Origin: a virus
Strand: one strand, 5' to 3'
DNA length: 64,000 nucleotides
IMG/VR virus record: IMGVR_UViG_3300020122_000665
Location: 21,476-85,475 of that record
Made by a program: the position numbers and the translations under genes. Numbering within the stretch: the first letter of the stretch is position 1; the number at the start of each line of letters is the position of its first letter. A model generated the notes under the pieces. It searched no databases and was not told the DNA's origin. It saw nothing but the letters and a program-made list of their open reading frames with translations. Shown piece after piece: positions 8,236-16,551 of this stretch.

Positions 8236-10271
8236 AGTCGAAACCGAAGCGCGCGACGCGTCGGCCGCCGATGCTACGCCTGCACACCGAAGATCTGGTG
8301 ATCGACAACTTCGCCGGCGGCGGCGGCGCCAGCCTCGGTATCGAGTGGGCGCTCGGCCGCTCGCCGGACATCGCGGTCAACCACGATCCCGAGGCGCTCG
8401 CGATGCACGCCGCCAACCACCCCGACACGAAGCACCTCTGCGAGTCGGTGTGGGATGTCGACCCGCGGAAGGTGTGCGGCGACAAGCAAGTCGAGCTCGC
8501 GTGGTTCTCGCCAGATTGCACATACCATTCAAAAGCCCGAGGCGGAAAGCCCTTCCGCGATCGCAACAAGGCGCGCCGCCGGCGCGGCCTCGCCTGGGTC
8601 GTCGTTCGATGGGCCGAGGCGAGGAAACCCCGGCTAATCATGCTCGAGAACGTCGAGGAGTTCGAGGATTGGGGGCCGCTCCTCGACGACGGCACGCCCG
8701 ACAAGACTCGCGCCGGGTTCACCTTCCGTCGGTGGGTCGCGCGCCTCCGCAACCTCGGCTACGACGTCGACTGGCGCCAGCTCCGCGCGTGCGACTACGG
8801 CGCGCCGACGACGCGCAAGCGGCTCTTCCTGATCGCGCGCTGCGACGGGCTTCCGATCGTGTGGCCCGAGGCGACGCACGCCCCGCCGGCGGTCGCCGCG
8901 GCGAAGGGCCTCAAGCCCTACCGCACCGCCGCCGAGTGCATCGACTGGTCGATCCCCTGCCCGTCGATCTTCCTCACCAACGCCGAGGGCAAGAAGATCG
9001 GCGTGAAGCGGCCGCTCTCCGACAACACGCTGCGGCGCATCGCGCGAGGCATCAAGAAGTTCGTCCTCGACGCCAAGGACCCATTCATCGTCCCCGATGC
9101 CGACCGCCGGCCGAAAGCGATGGTTCCATTCATCGCGCCTGTTTCGCACACCGGCGTCCGACCGAGCGGCACCAGCGTCGACGCTCGCGTGCATTCGATC
9201 AACGAGCCACTCCCGACGGTCACCGGAGCGCGCCGCGGCGAGAAGGCGCTCGTGCAGCCATTCCTCACGCCGGTCAAGACGTGGGGCGGCGGCGGCAACG
9301 AGCCGCGCTCCATCAACGAGCCGATGCGGACCACGACCACGTCGAAGCGTGGAGAGCACGCCATCGTCGCGCCGCTCCTCGCGCGCATCGGGCAAACCGG
9401 CGGAAACGGCGACTACTCGAACGACGCGCGCACCCCGCTCACCACCGTCACCACAAAGGCGGAGCACCTCCTCATCGCGCCGACGCTGATCCAGACCTCC
9501 TACGGCGAGCGCAAGGGCCAGAAGCCGCGCACGCTCGACCTGCACGCGCCGCTCGGCACCGTCGTCGGGCAGGGAGTGAAGCACTCGGTCGTCTCCGCAT
9601 TCCTGGCGAAGCACTACGGCGGCCCGGGCGTGGAGCGCATCACCAAGCAGCCGGCCGGGACGTCGATGGATGCGCCGGTCGACACCATCACACAGCGCGA
9701 CCACCACACGGTCATCGAGGCGCAGCTCGAGCCCTGGCTCGACGACCACGACAACACGGACCCCGACGGGGCCGAATACGAGGGTGGATTCTTCGGGCCC
9801 ACCATCGAAGCCTCGCATTTGGTCCACCTGCGCGGTGGCGTCGACGACCACCCCAACACCGCGCAGGCCGTCGAGGAGCCGCTGCCGACGGTCACGGCGA
9901 ACGGGAACCACATCGCCGAGGTCCGCGCGCTGCTGATCAAATACTACGGCACCGACCAGGACCCGCAGCTCGGCGAGCCGCTCCACACCGTCACCACCAA
10001 GGACCGCTTCGCGCTGATCGTGACGATCCACGGCGTCGACTACGAGATCGTCGACATCGGAATGCGGATGCTCTCGCCGCGCGAGCTCTTCCGCGCGCAG
10101 GGCTTCCCCGACTCCTACGACATCGAGTCGGAGTGGGAAGGCGTGAAGCTCACCAAGACCTCGCAGGTCCGCATGTGCGGCAACGCGGTAAGCCCCGTCA
10201 TGTCGGAGGCGCTGGCGAAGGCGAACTACGTCCGTCGGATGGGCGATCTCGCCGCCGGATGCGTGTCCTGA
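8232..10271 (+). CDS. DNA (cytosine-5) methyltransferase, long phage type
   Basis: DNFAGGGG (motif I), FSPDC (IV), LENV (VI), RKRLF (VIII), repeated EPLPTVT units, RMCGNAV (X). Confidence 0.95.
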   Translation: MKSKPKRATRRPPMLRLHTEDLVIDNFAGGGGASLGIEWALGRSPDIAVNHDPEALAMHAANHPDTKHLCESVWDVDPRKVCGDKQVELAWFSPDCTYHSKARGGKPFRDRNKARRRRGLAWVVVRWAEARKPRLIMLENVEEFEDWGPLLDDGTPDKTRAGFTFRRWVARLRNLGYDVDWRQLRACDYGAPTTRKRLFLIARCDGLPIVWPEATHAPPAVAAAKGLKPYRTAAECIDWSIPCPSIFLTNAEGKKIGVKRPLSDNTLRRIARGIKKFVLDAKDPFIVPDADRRPKAMVPFIAPVSHTGVRPSGTSVDARVHSINEPLPTVTGARRGEKALVQPFLTPVKTWGGGGNEPRSINEPMRTTTTSKRGEHAIVAPLLARIGQTGGNGDYSNDARTPLTTVTTKAEHLLIAPTLIQTSYGERKGQKPRTLDLHAPLGTVVGQGVKHSVVSAFLAKHYGGPGVERITKQPAGTSMDAPVDTITQRDHHTVIEAQLEPWLDDHDNTDPDGAEYEGGFFGPTIEASHLVHLRGGVDDHPNTAQAVEEPLPTVTANGNHIAEVRALLIKYYGTDQDPQLGEPLHTVTTKDRFALIVTIHGVDYEIVDIGMRMLSPRELFRAQGFPDSYDIESEWEGVKLTKTSQVRMCGNAVSPVMSEALAKANYVRRMGDLAAGCVS

Positions 10272-10498
10272 TGGCGAAGCTCAGCGAAGAGGAACGATTG
10301 GCGGCCACGACGCGTCGGATCCTCCGGGATAAGCGGCGTGCCGACAAAGTCCCCGATCGATCTGCGCAGTGCGGAATCTCCTACTACAGCCAGAGCCCTC
10401 GGCAGCGCGAGGAAGGGACGTATTGGAAGGAGTGCCATCGCTGCAAGAAGCCGCTCGACTATCAACCCGTGGCGACCAGAAGGGAGTGCATCCCATGA
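10271..10498 (+). CDS. Small hypothetical protein
   Basis: TGATG and ATGA overlaps; CHRC. Confidence 0.55.
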   Translation: MAKLSEEERLAATTRRILRDKRRADKVPDRSAQCGISYYSQSPRQREEGTYWKECHRCKKPLDYQPVATRRECIP

Positions 10499-11892
10499 GG
10501 CAGGAAGCCCTATTCGGCGGCGCGCGGCTTCAGATGAGCGATTCCATCCGCTTGACGATCGAATCTCTGTTCACCTACGGGTCGACCCATCAGCATTGGG
10601 CGATCGCGTGGTCGGGAGGGAAGGACTCGACGGTCCTGCTGACGATGGTCGTATGGATCCTGCTCTCAGCCAGGGAAGCGCGCCGCGGGGCGTTCATCAT
10701 CAACGCCGAAATCACGGCTCTGTTGCGCCTGCTCCGCGCCCCGAAGTCTCTGACAGTGCTTTACGCGGACACGCGCATGGAGATCCCCCCGCTGTGGCAG
10801 GCGGCCTGCTCGATTCGCGACGAGCTGACCGACAAGGCCGCTGATCTCGCCGAGAACGGCTGCACGCTCGTCGTGCGCACTGTGATGGCGCCGATCGATC
10901 ATCGATTCTTCGTCTACATGCTCGGGCGCGGCGTTCCGCCTCCGTCGACTAGATTTCGGTGGTGCACCGATAAGCTGAAGATCCAGCCGATGGCCGAGGA
11001 GCTGCGACGCCTCGTCGAGGCGGAGCGCCAGACTCCGCCGCCTCCCTCGGAAGCGATCGCCGCCGTGGCTGATGATCTTCGCCAGAAGCTCGGCGACGAC
11101 TACGAGGTCATTGGTCCGAGGAAGCTATCCGATAAGATCCTCCTGCTCACCGGGCTCCGCGTCGGTGAGAGCGCTGCGCGCGATGACCGGATCGCGATCG
11201 CGTGCGGCCGCGACGGCGGTGAGTGCGGCCAGGGCTGGTATCAAGAGTCGCTCGACTCGTCATTCTGCGACACGCTGGCGCCCATTCTTCACATGCGCGT
11301 CTGCCACGTGTGGGAGTGGCTGAAGCATTGGGCCGAGCGGATCGAGTTCGGAGACTGGTCGACCGCGCTTCTCGCGGATGCGTACGGCGGCGACGAGGCG
11401 GAGGAGAAAAACGCGCGCACCGGCTGCGTCGACTGCAATCTCGTCGAGGAGGATCGGGCGCTCAAATACAGCAGTCGCCTTGATGGATGGACGCATCTTC
11501 AGCTCCTGGTCGGAGCCCTCAAAGCGATCTACGCGGAGATGAAGAAGCCGCAACACCGGCTACGACAGCCCGGAGGCGAGCGCCGGAAGGATGGAAAGCT
11601 GGCGCTCAACCAGCAGCGACTCGGCCCACTGCTGCTCACGTCGAGGATCCAGTTCCTCGACCAGATCCTCGAAGTGCAGGCGCGCGTGAACGCCGAGGCC
11701 GATCGCATCGGAGCCCCGCGCCTCAACATCCTCAACGCAGAGGAGGAAGCGCGAATCCGCGAACTGGTGGCGGCGAACACCTGGCCCGACGGATGGAATG
11801 GCGACGAGCCGGAGGGCGATGTCATGCTCGACAGAATGTTCGCGGACGGGACCATCCAGCCTTTGCTCCGTGGCTTCGGAGAAGGCACATGA
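10495..11892 (+). CDS. PAPS-reductase family protein, DndC-like
   Basis: PP-loop WSGGKDST, RWCTDKLKIQP, GLRVGESAAR, RTGCVDC and a DndC-like helical C-terminus. Confidence 0.85.
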   Translation: MRQEALFGGARLQMSDSIRLTIESLFTYGSTHQHWAIAWSGGKDSTVLLTMVVWILLSAREARRGAFIINAEITALLRLLRAPKSLTVLYADTRMEIPPLWQAACSIRDELTDKAADLAENGCTLVVRTVMAPIDHRFFVYMLGRGVPPPSTRFRWCTDKLKIQPMAEELRRLVEAERQTPPPPSEAIAAVADDLRQKLGDDYEVIGPRKLSDKILLLTGLRVGESAARDDRIAIACGRDGGECGQGWYQESLDSSFCDTLAPILHMRVCHVWEWLKHWAERIEFGDWSTALLADAYGGDEAEEKNARTGCVDCNLVEEDRALKYSSRLDGWTHLQLLVGALKAIYAEMKKPQHRLRQPGGERRKDGKLALNQQRLGPLLLTSRIQFLDQILEVQARVNAEADRIGAPRLNILNAEEEARIRELVAANTWPDGWNGDEPEGDVMLDRMFADGTIQPLLRGFGEGT

Positions 11893-11951
11893 TCGCCCTC
11901 ATCGTCGGCGCGTTCCTCTGCGTCTCGCCGCCCGTCGAGCACGAACAATGA
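11889..11951 (+). pseudogene. 20-aa remnant duplicating the N-terminus of the 12187 gene
   Basis: MIALIVGAFLCVSPPVEHEQ versus MIVLALLLCIPPAIEHEH. Confidence 0.6.
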
Positions 11952-12190
11952 GCAGGCCTCGCAATGTCCGCTGTCCTCGGTGCGGAGGCGTCGAACTGCG
12001 GATAAGAGAGAGTTCGATTGCGTACACCTTTTTTGAGCAGGAAGCTGGCGGTATCGTATTCGACGACGGGATACATGAGCACGGATTGATTACGGGCGTG
12101 GAGTGCAAGTGCCGTCGCTGCAAGCACGAATGGAAGCCGCGCGGTATCACTCAGATCACTGGGTTCGCCGGTTTGAAGGAGAAGCCATGA
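11948..12190 (+). CDS. Small zinc-ribbon protein, lower GC than its neighbours
   Basis: CPRC...CRRC; ATGA overlaps at both ends. Confidence 0.7.
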   Translation: MSRPRNVRCPRCGGVELRIRESSIAYTFFEQEAGGIVFDDGIHEHGLITGVECKCRRCKHEWKPRGITQITGFAGLKEKP

Positions 12191-12933
12191 TCGTCCTCGC
12201 CCTCCTCCTATGCATCCCGCCCGCGATCGAGCACGAGCACCGGGGCCTCCTCAAGCACCGCGCCGCGTCCGAGCAGCCGCCCGTGCGCGTGACCGTCGCC
12301 GAGATGCTGGCGTGGCCCGATCCCGCTGGCGCCTCGGACAAGCGCGTGCGCGCGAGCCAGGAGCCGATCGACGAGCACGAGCGCACGGTGTACGTGCTCG
12401 AAGGCGTGGTGGAGCTGGTGCGGCGGGAGAAGGACTGCGACCTGCACATCGAACTGAGCGAAGGAGCGAGCGATGGATTACGAGAAAGCGCCAGCCGCGA
12501 CGTGCGAACACGGCATCACAGCGCCGAACTGGTGCCTACGGTGCGCGGCCGGTGCGGAGCGACGAATCCGATGCAAGCGCGGCCAGTGCGCGCACTGCGG
12601 GGGCGATCTACTGGGCAGGAGTTGCCGTCAGTGCGGCATTCTGAACGATGCTTGCGGAGAGTGCGAGCGCTGCCGCAAACCATAATCGTCGAAATCCCCG
12701 GCGAGCTGCACCTCCCTCGCGTGCGCCGTGGCGATCGCGTGCGCGTCGTCGGGTGGGGGTTCTTCGACGGGGCGCATACGTGGCAGGGGAGGGCCACGCC
12801 GTGGGAGCTGCATCCGGTTTGGTCGGTGAAGAAGCTATCGGATCCGCTTCTTCCCCATCGCTGGCGTCATTCGTGGAGCGCTCGCAAGAAGGTCGCCACC
12901 AGGCGACGCGTAGCGCTTCCGCCGTCCCTCTGA
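12187..12933 (+). CDS. Putative exported OB-fold-like protein with an internal in-frame insertion
   Basis: Hydrophobic N-terminus; DCDLHIEL...IIVEIP...GDRVRVVGWGFFDGAH...WELHPV pattern. Confidence 0.6.
   Translation: MIVLALLLCIPPAIEHEHRGLLKHRAASEQPPVRVTVAEMLAWPDPAGASDKRVRASQEPIDEHERTVYVLEGVVELVRREKDCDLHIELSEGASDGLRESASRDVRTRHHSAELVPTVRGRCGATNPMQARPVRALRGRSTGQELPSVRHSERCLRRVRALPQTIIVEIPGELHLPRVRRGDRVRVVGWGFFDGAHTWQGRATPWELHPVWSVKKLSDPLLPHRWRHSWSARKKVATRRRVALPPSL
12473..12685 (+). CDS. Nested Cys-rich small protein (MDYEKAPAATCEHG...)
   Basis: Own SD (GAAGGAG), several CxxC pairs, TAA stop; different frame inside 12187-12933. Confidence 0.6.
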   Translation: MDYEKAPAATCEHGITAPNWCLRCAAGAERRIRCKRGQCAHCGGDLLGRSCRQCGILNDACGECERCRKP

Positions 12934-13944
12934 TTCTTGCTCCACAAGAATCGGACGTTCTGCGGCGAGCCGGATCCGGTAGCAGTTGCCCTCCTTCCGC
13001 TCCGCCGGCGACTTGACCTCCTCGACGGGAATCCCTTCGGTCCTCATCGTCGCCAGCCACTGATAGACCTGCGGCCGGCTACGCCCGACGAGGCGCGCGA
13101 GCGAACGCACGGTCTTCGGCCCGGCGAGGAGCGCGACGATCACCTGCGACATCGCCGCCGCCGCGCTCTTGCGCCGCTTCTCCTCCTTCGCCGCCGTCGG
13201 GTCGGGCTTCGCCCACGGCAACAGCTCGCGCAGGCGCTCCTTGCCCTTCATCTCGATCTGGCGCACGCGCGTCGGGTGCAATCGATCGCCGGCCGCCGAC
13301 GTCACGCCGACCGCCTTCAGGTCGACGCCGTCCGCGCGCTCGAGCAGCACCTGGCGCTCGCGCGCCGGAAGGCGGTCTACCGCGCGACGCACGAGCACAC
13401 CCTCTTGCGCGCGCACCGCCGCCGTCTCCGAGCTCTCCGCATCGTCGGCGATCGTGTCCCCGAGGGGTCGCCCATCGGCGCCGTGCACCGGGGCGTCCAT
13501 CGCCGCGTCCGACGCCATGCGCAGCCGTGCCGCCGTGTTCGCGCCATCCGCCGTCGCCGGATCCGCGCGCCGCAGGGCCTTCTCGACCCGCTGCGGCGAC
13601 GACAGGATGTCGATCGGCAGCTTCATCGCGCGCGCGTTCTCGGTGACCCACCGCTGCATCGCCCGCAGGACAGGCTTCGAGAAGTAGCTCAGCGGCGACA
13701 CGCCGCGCGCCGGGTCGAACGTGGGCGCCGCCTCCATGATCGCGATCGCTCCCTCGGAGTCGAGGTCGTCGATCGCCGCGTCGGGGAGGCCGAGCTTCAG
13801 GAACTGCCGCGCGCGCCGGCGGCGGAACCCCTGCGTCGCCGCCAGCACCGCGCCCATCGCGTCCTTGTCTCCCTCGCGGAGCCGCGCGAGGATGGCGACG
13901 AGGCGCTCCGACAGCTCGCCGCCCGCCTGCTGCTGCTGCGTCAC
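12835..13944 (-). CDS. RNA polymerase sigma70-family factor with an extra C-terminal HTH
   Basis: Region 2 (EGAIAIMEAAPTFDPARGVSPLSY), region 4 (LPARERQVL...RVRQIEMKG), then KTVRSLARLVGRSRPQVYQWL. Confidence 0.85.
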   Translation of the reverse strand: MTQQQQAGGELSERLVAILARLREGDKDAMGAVLAATQGFRRRRARQFLKLGLPDAAIDDLDSEGAIAIMEAAPTFDPARGVSPLSYFSKPVLRAMQRWVTENARAMKLPIDILSSPQRVEKALRRADPATADGANTAARLRMASDAAMDAPVHGADGRPLGDTIADDAESSETAAVRAQEGVLVRRAVDRLPARERQVLLERADGVDLKAVGVTSAAGDRLHPTRVRQIEMKGKERLRELLPWAKPDPTAAKEEKRRKSAAAAMSQVIVALLAGPKTVRSLARLVGRSRPQVYQWLATMRTEGIPVEEVKSPAERKEGNCYRIRLAAERPILVEQESEGRRKRYASPGGDLLASAPRMTPAMGKKRIR

Positions 13945-14156
13945 CGTCGCGCGGCGCGCCGCGCGCGCTCGCCAGCGTTCATCTCGGTGCGAACCCGGTC
14001 CGCGGCTCCATCGAGCAGGTCAATCACCTGGCGGTCGGTGAGACGATGCACGAACCGCTGCTTCCGGCACACCTCGTCGATCGCCGCGCGCGCGGCGCGC
14101 AGCCCTGCCAGATCTGGCGGCTCGATGTGACCCTTCCTCGGCGGCTTCGTTTTCAT
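13941..14156 (-). CDS. Hypothetical protein
   Basis: SD AAGGAG; GTGA overlap with the sigma gene. Confidence 0.6.
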   Translation of the reverse strand: MKTKPPRKGHIEPPDLAGLRAARAAIDEVCRKQRFVHRLTDRQVIDLLDGAADRVRTEMNAGERARRAARR

Positions 14157-14854
14157 GGCGCTCCTTCGATTAGCGAGAGTTGCGGCTGCTTCGGTGGGAG
14201 GAGGTACTTCTCGAGTTCCGACGCCGGCGCGAGATGGCCGAGGACACGCTCCTCCTTCGGGAATCGACGGAGGAGCCGATACTGGCCGACGGTGCGCGAG
14301 CGCGACGCGGGCGGGCCCCACACGAACCATGAGTAGGGCGTGCTGTCGCCGCTCTTCTTTTCGCCGGGCTTCGGCTTGATGAACTTCACCCGGCCAACCC
14401 GATCGTCGTCGGGCATCATCGGCGAGAATAGCTTCTGCCGCTCCTCGCTGTCGCCGACCCACTGCGTGCGCTCGAGGCAGACCACCCAGTCGGCGATCGC
14501 CAGTGCGAGGAGCACGAACGCGACCGCGGCGGGGAACGGAGGGTTGAACATCGCCACGTCGAAGTGCGGCATCCGCCTCAGATCGGCGGCGCGCTCCTCC
14601 AGCGCGCCGATGATCGTGCGCGCGCCGAGCGCTTCAAGGCGCGGCCGGCACTCGTCGCGCAGCTCGAGCGCCGTCCACTCGATGTCGCGGCGCACGGCGT
14701 TGACCGCTCGGATGATGTCGCCATCGCCGGCGCCGAGCTCAACCCAACGGCCGCCGGGCAGCGAGCGCGCTTCCAACTCCGCGCGCACGACATACGACGG
14801 AGTCGGGTAGAAGTCGGCGATTGAGCGCTCGCCGCCGCGGTTGGTGCTGCTCAC
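14153..14854 (-). CDS. DNA amino-methyltransferase (N6A-type)
   Basis: DFYPTP, ELGAGDG, NPPF, YSWFVW. Confidence 0.85.
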   Translation of the reverse strand: MSSTNRGGERSIADFYPTPSYVVRAELEARSLPGGRWVELGAGDGDIIRAVNAVRRDIEWTALELRDECRPRLEALGARTIIGALEERAADLRRMPHFDVAMFNPPFPAAVAFVLLALAIADWVVCLERTQWVGDSEERQKLFSPMMPDDDRVGRVKFIKPKPGEKKSGDSTPYSWFVWGPPASRSRTVGQYRLLRRFPKEERVLGHLAPASELEKYLLPPKQPQLSLIEGAP

Positions 14855-15156
14855 GCCCTCCGACTCCTTGTCTCGTCGTCGAGGATGAACAGCAGGCAGC
14901 AGATCGCGTGCGCCAGGTGCGGCAGGCCCGAGTCGGGATCGTTCGCCTCACCGGCCCACCACGCGATGACGTGGCGGAGCGTGGCCGCGTAGTAACGGCG
15001 GCGGAGGCTCTTCACGCGCCTCCAGTTGTCGTCGCCGTAGATCGACGCTCCGAAGCCGAGCGCCTTCACGACGAGGCGCGCCGCGCGCGGCGGAAGAAGA
15101 TCCCACCGATCTTTTTCGGCGTCGAGCTTGAGCCCAATCTTTCGCGTCGCTACCAC
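14851..15156 (-). CDS. dATP/dGTP diphosphohydrolase domain protein (DUF5664-like)
   Basis: KLDAEKDRWDLLP, YGDDNW, RH...W..GE..DPDSGLPHLAHA. Confidence 0.85.
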   Translation of the reverse strand: MVATRKIGLKLDAEKDRWDLLPPRAARLVVKALGFGASIYGDDNWRRVKSLRRRYYAATLRHVIAWWAGEANDPDSGLPHLAHAICCLLFILDDETRSRRA

Positions 15157-15554
15157 TGCGGCCCCCGCAGCTCCACCGGGATCGCCGGCACGGCCCGGCC
15201 GCGCGGTCTCCCCGTGCCCGGCGGTGGCGGCGGCGCCGCGGCTCGCTCGCGCGCCACCTGCTGCGGCGTCACCCGACGCACGCCGACGCTCCCCGCGGCC
15301 GCCCTCGCTCGCTCGAGGATCGCCGCCTTCGGAAGCGGCGGCGCGGGCCTCGCGGGCGACGGCGCCTGCCGCGCCGGCGCGAGGTGGCGCGACTGCTCGA
15401 TCCCAGGAGCGACGCCGATCACCGCGGCGAGCGCGCGCTCCGTGATATCCGACATCGACTCGCCGTGGTCGAGCCCGTACTCGCGGAGCCTGGCGTAGGT
15501 CGTGCCGCGAATGGAGATCGACTTCCGGGTCTGCTTCTTCGCCATCTTCGTCAT
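15150..15554 (-). CDS. Ribbon-helix-helix DNA-binding protein
   Basis: RKSISIRGTTYARLREY...SMSDITERAL. Confidence 0.65.
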   Translation of the reverse strand: MTKMAKKQTRKSISIRGTTYARLREYGLDHGESMSDITERALAAVIGVAPGIEQSRHLAPARQAPSPARPAPPLPKAAILERARAAAGSVGVRRVTPQQVARERAAAPPPPPGTGRPRGRAVPAIPVELRGPQW

Positions 15555-16012
15555 GCCTCCTTCGTCGCCGCGGCAGCGTCGGCCGCGCGCTGCGGGCAGT
15601 TCGTCTGGTCGTGGTCGGACACCAGCTTTCGGCAGTAGCCGCAGCGACGGCGGTACTTGTGATCCGGGTCTTGGCGCAGCTCGCGAAGGTGCGGCTCGCA
15701 GCGCGTCTTACCGGGCGCCAGTGGCTCCTTGCAGCCGCCCACCATGCACTCGCCGTTCTTCTTCTTCGCGGCGCGCCACTGCTCGTTGGTTTTCCGCCGG
15801 TGCTCCTTGTGGCACTGAGCGCAGCGATCCGAGCGCTGCCCGGGGCGGCGCTCGAATGACTTGTGGCACTCGACGCACTCTGACGACCCGCTCGTCGCGG
15901 TGGCGAACTTCGGCGCACCGAGCATCGCGCGGTCGACGAGGAAGCGGTAGCGGCGCAACTCCTCGTCGCGCTCGGCAAGCTGCTTCGTGAGCTGCTCTTC
16001 GAGATCGGTCAC
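15551..16012 (-). CDS. Hypothetical multi-zinc-finger protein
   Basis: CVEC, CAQC, CGYC. Confidence 0.7.
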   Translation of the reverse strand: MTDLEEQLTKQLAERDEELRRYRFLVDRAMLGAPKFATATSGSSECVECHKSFERRPGQRSDRCAQCHKEHRRKTNEQWRAAKKKNGECMVGGCKEPLAPGKTRCEPHLRELRQDPDHKYRRRCGYCRKLVSDHDQTNCPQRAADAAAATKEA

Positions 16013-16542
16013 TCGACCGGCCCCCGCACGCCGCGCGCGGCGAGCATGGCATCGGCGATGACGTAGGCGCGCTCCGCCACGAACGCGATGACCGCAGCAA
16101 GGCGCTCCTGCGGGGTGGGCGGTGTTGCGGCAAGGCTCTCGGCCATTGTGGACAGCGCCGCCATCGCGAACTCGTCGCGCAGCGTCTTCACCGCGGGAGC
16201 CTGCCCGACTTCACCCGCCTCCTCGAGCGAGCGCACGATGATTCCGGCGAGATGCTCGTCGGGGATCGGTGCGCCTGCCACGCTCTCGGCGTAGGCGCGC
16301 AGCGGCGCGATGATCTCCTCGTTGCGCCTCCGCTCCTGCTCGAGCGCGCGCGCCGGCGCCGCGAACTCCTCGCCCTTCTCCTGCCACTGCATGCAGATTC
16401 CGACGGCGAAGAGGCGCATCCGCTCGCTCACCGGGAACGACTGGTCGCGAAAGCAGAGGTCGGGGCGCCTGAAAATTGGCCCGCCGGCCAGGTCTTCGGC
16501 GGATCCCTTCGGTCGGTGACAGATGCTGCACTCTGGTCGCAT
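16009..16542 (-). CDS. Hypothetical phage protein
   Basis: C-terminal TLRDEFAMAAL...AYVIADAMLAAR motif common in phage accessory proteins. Confidence 0.75.
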   Translation of the reverse strand: MRPECSICHRPKGSAEDLAGGPIFRRPDLCFRDQSFPVSERMRLFAVGICMQWQEKGEEFAAPARALEQERRRNEEIIAPLRAYAESVAGAPIPDEHLAGIIVRSLEEAGEVGQAPAVKTLRDEFAMAALSTMAESLAATPPTPQERLAAVIAFVAERAYVIADAMLAARGVRGPVE

Positions 16543-16551
16543 GAGCGTCTC

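Noticed and set aside
10495-11892. PAPS reductase as a sulfate-assimilation auxiliary gene (cysH) or as a full Dnd system
   Set aside because: Length and motifs are DndC-like, the context is DNA modification, and no other cys or dnd genes are present
14851-15156. DUF5664 as evidence for a 2-aminoadenine (Z) genome
   Set aside because: No PurZ, DatZ-like HD phosphatase or phage DNA polymerase seen in the window; the domain also occurs without them
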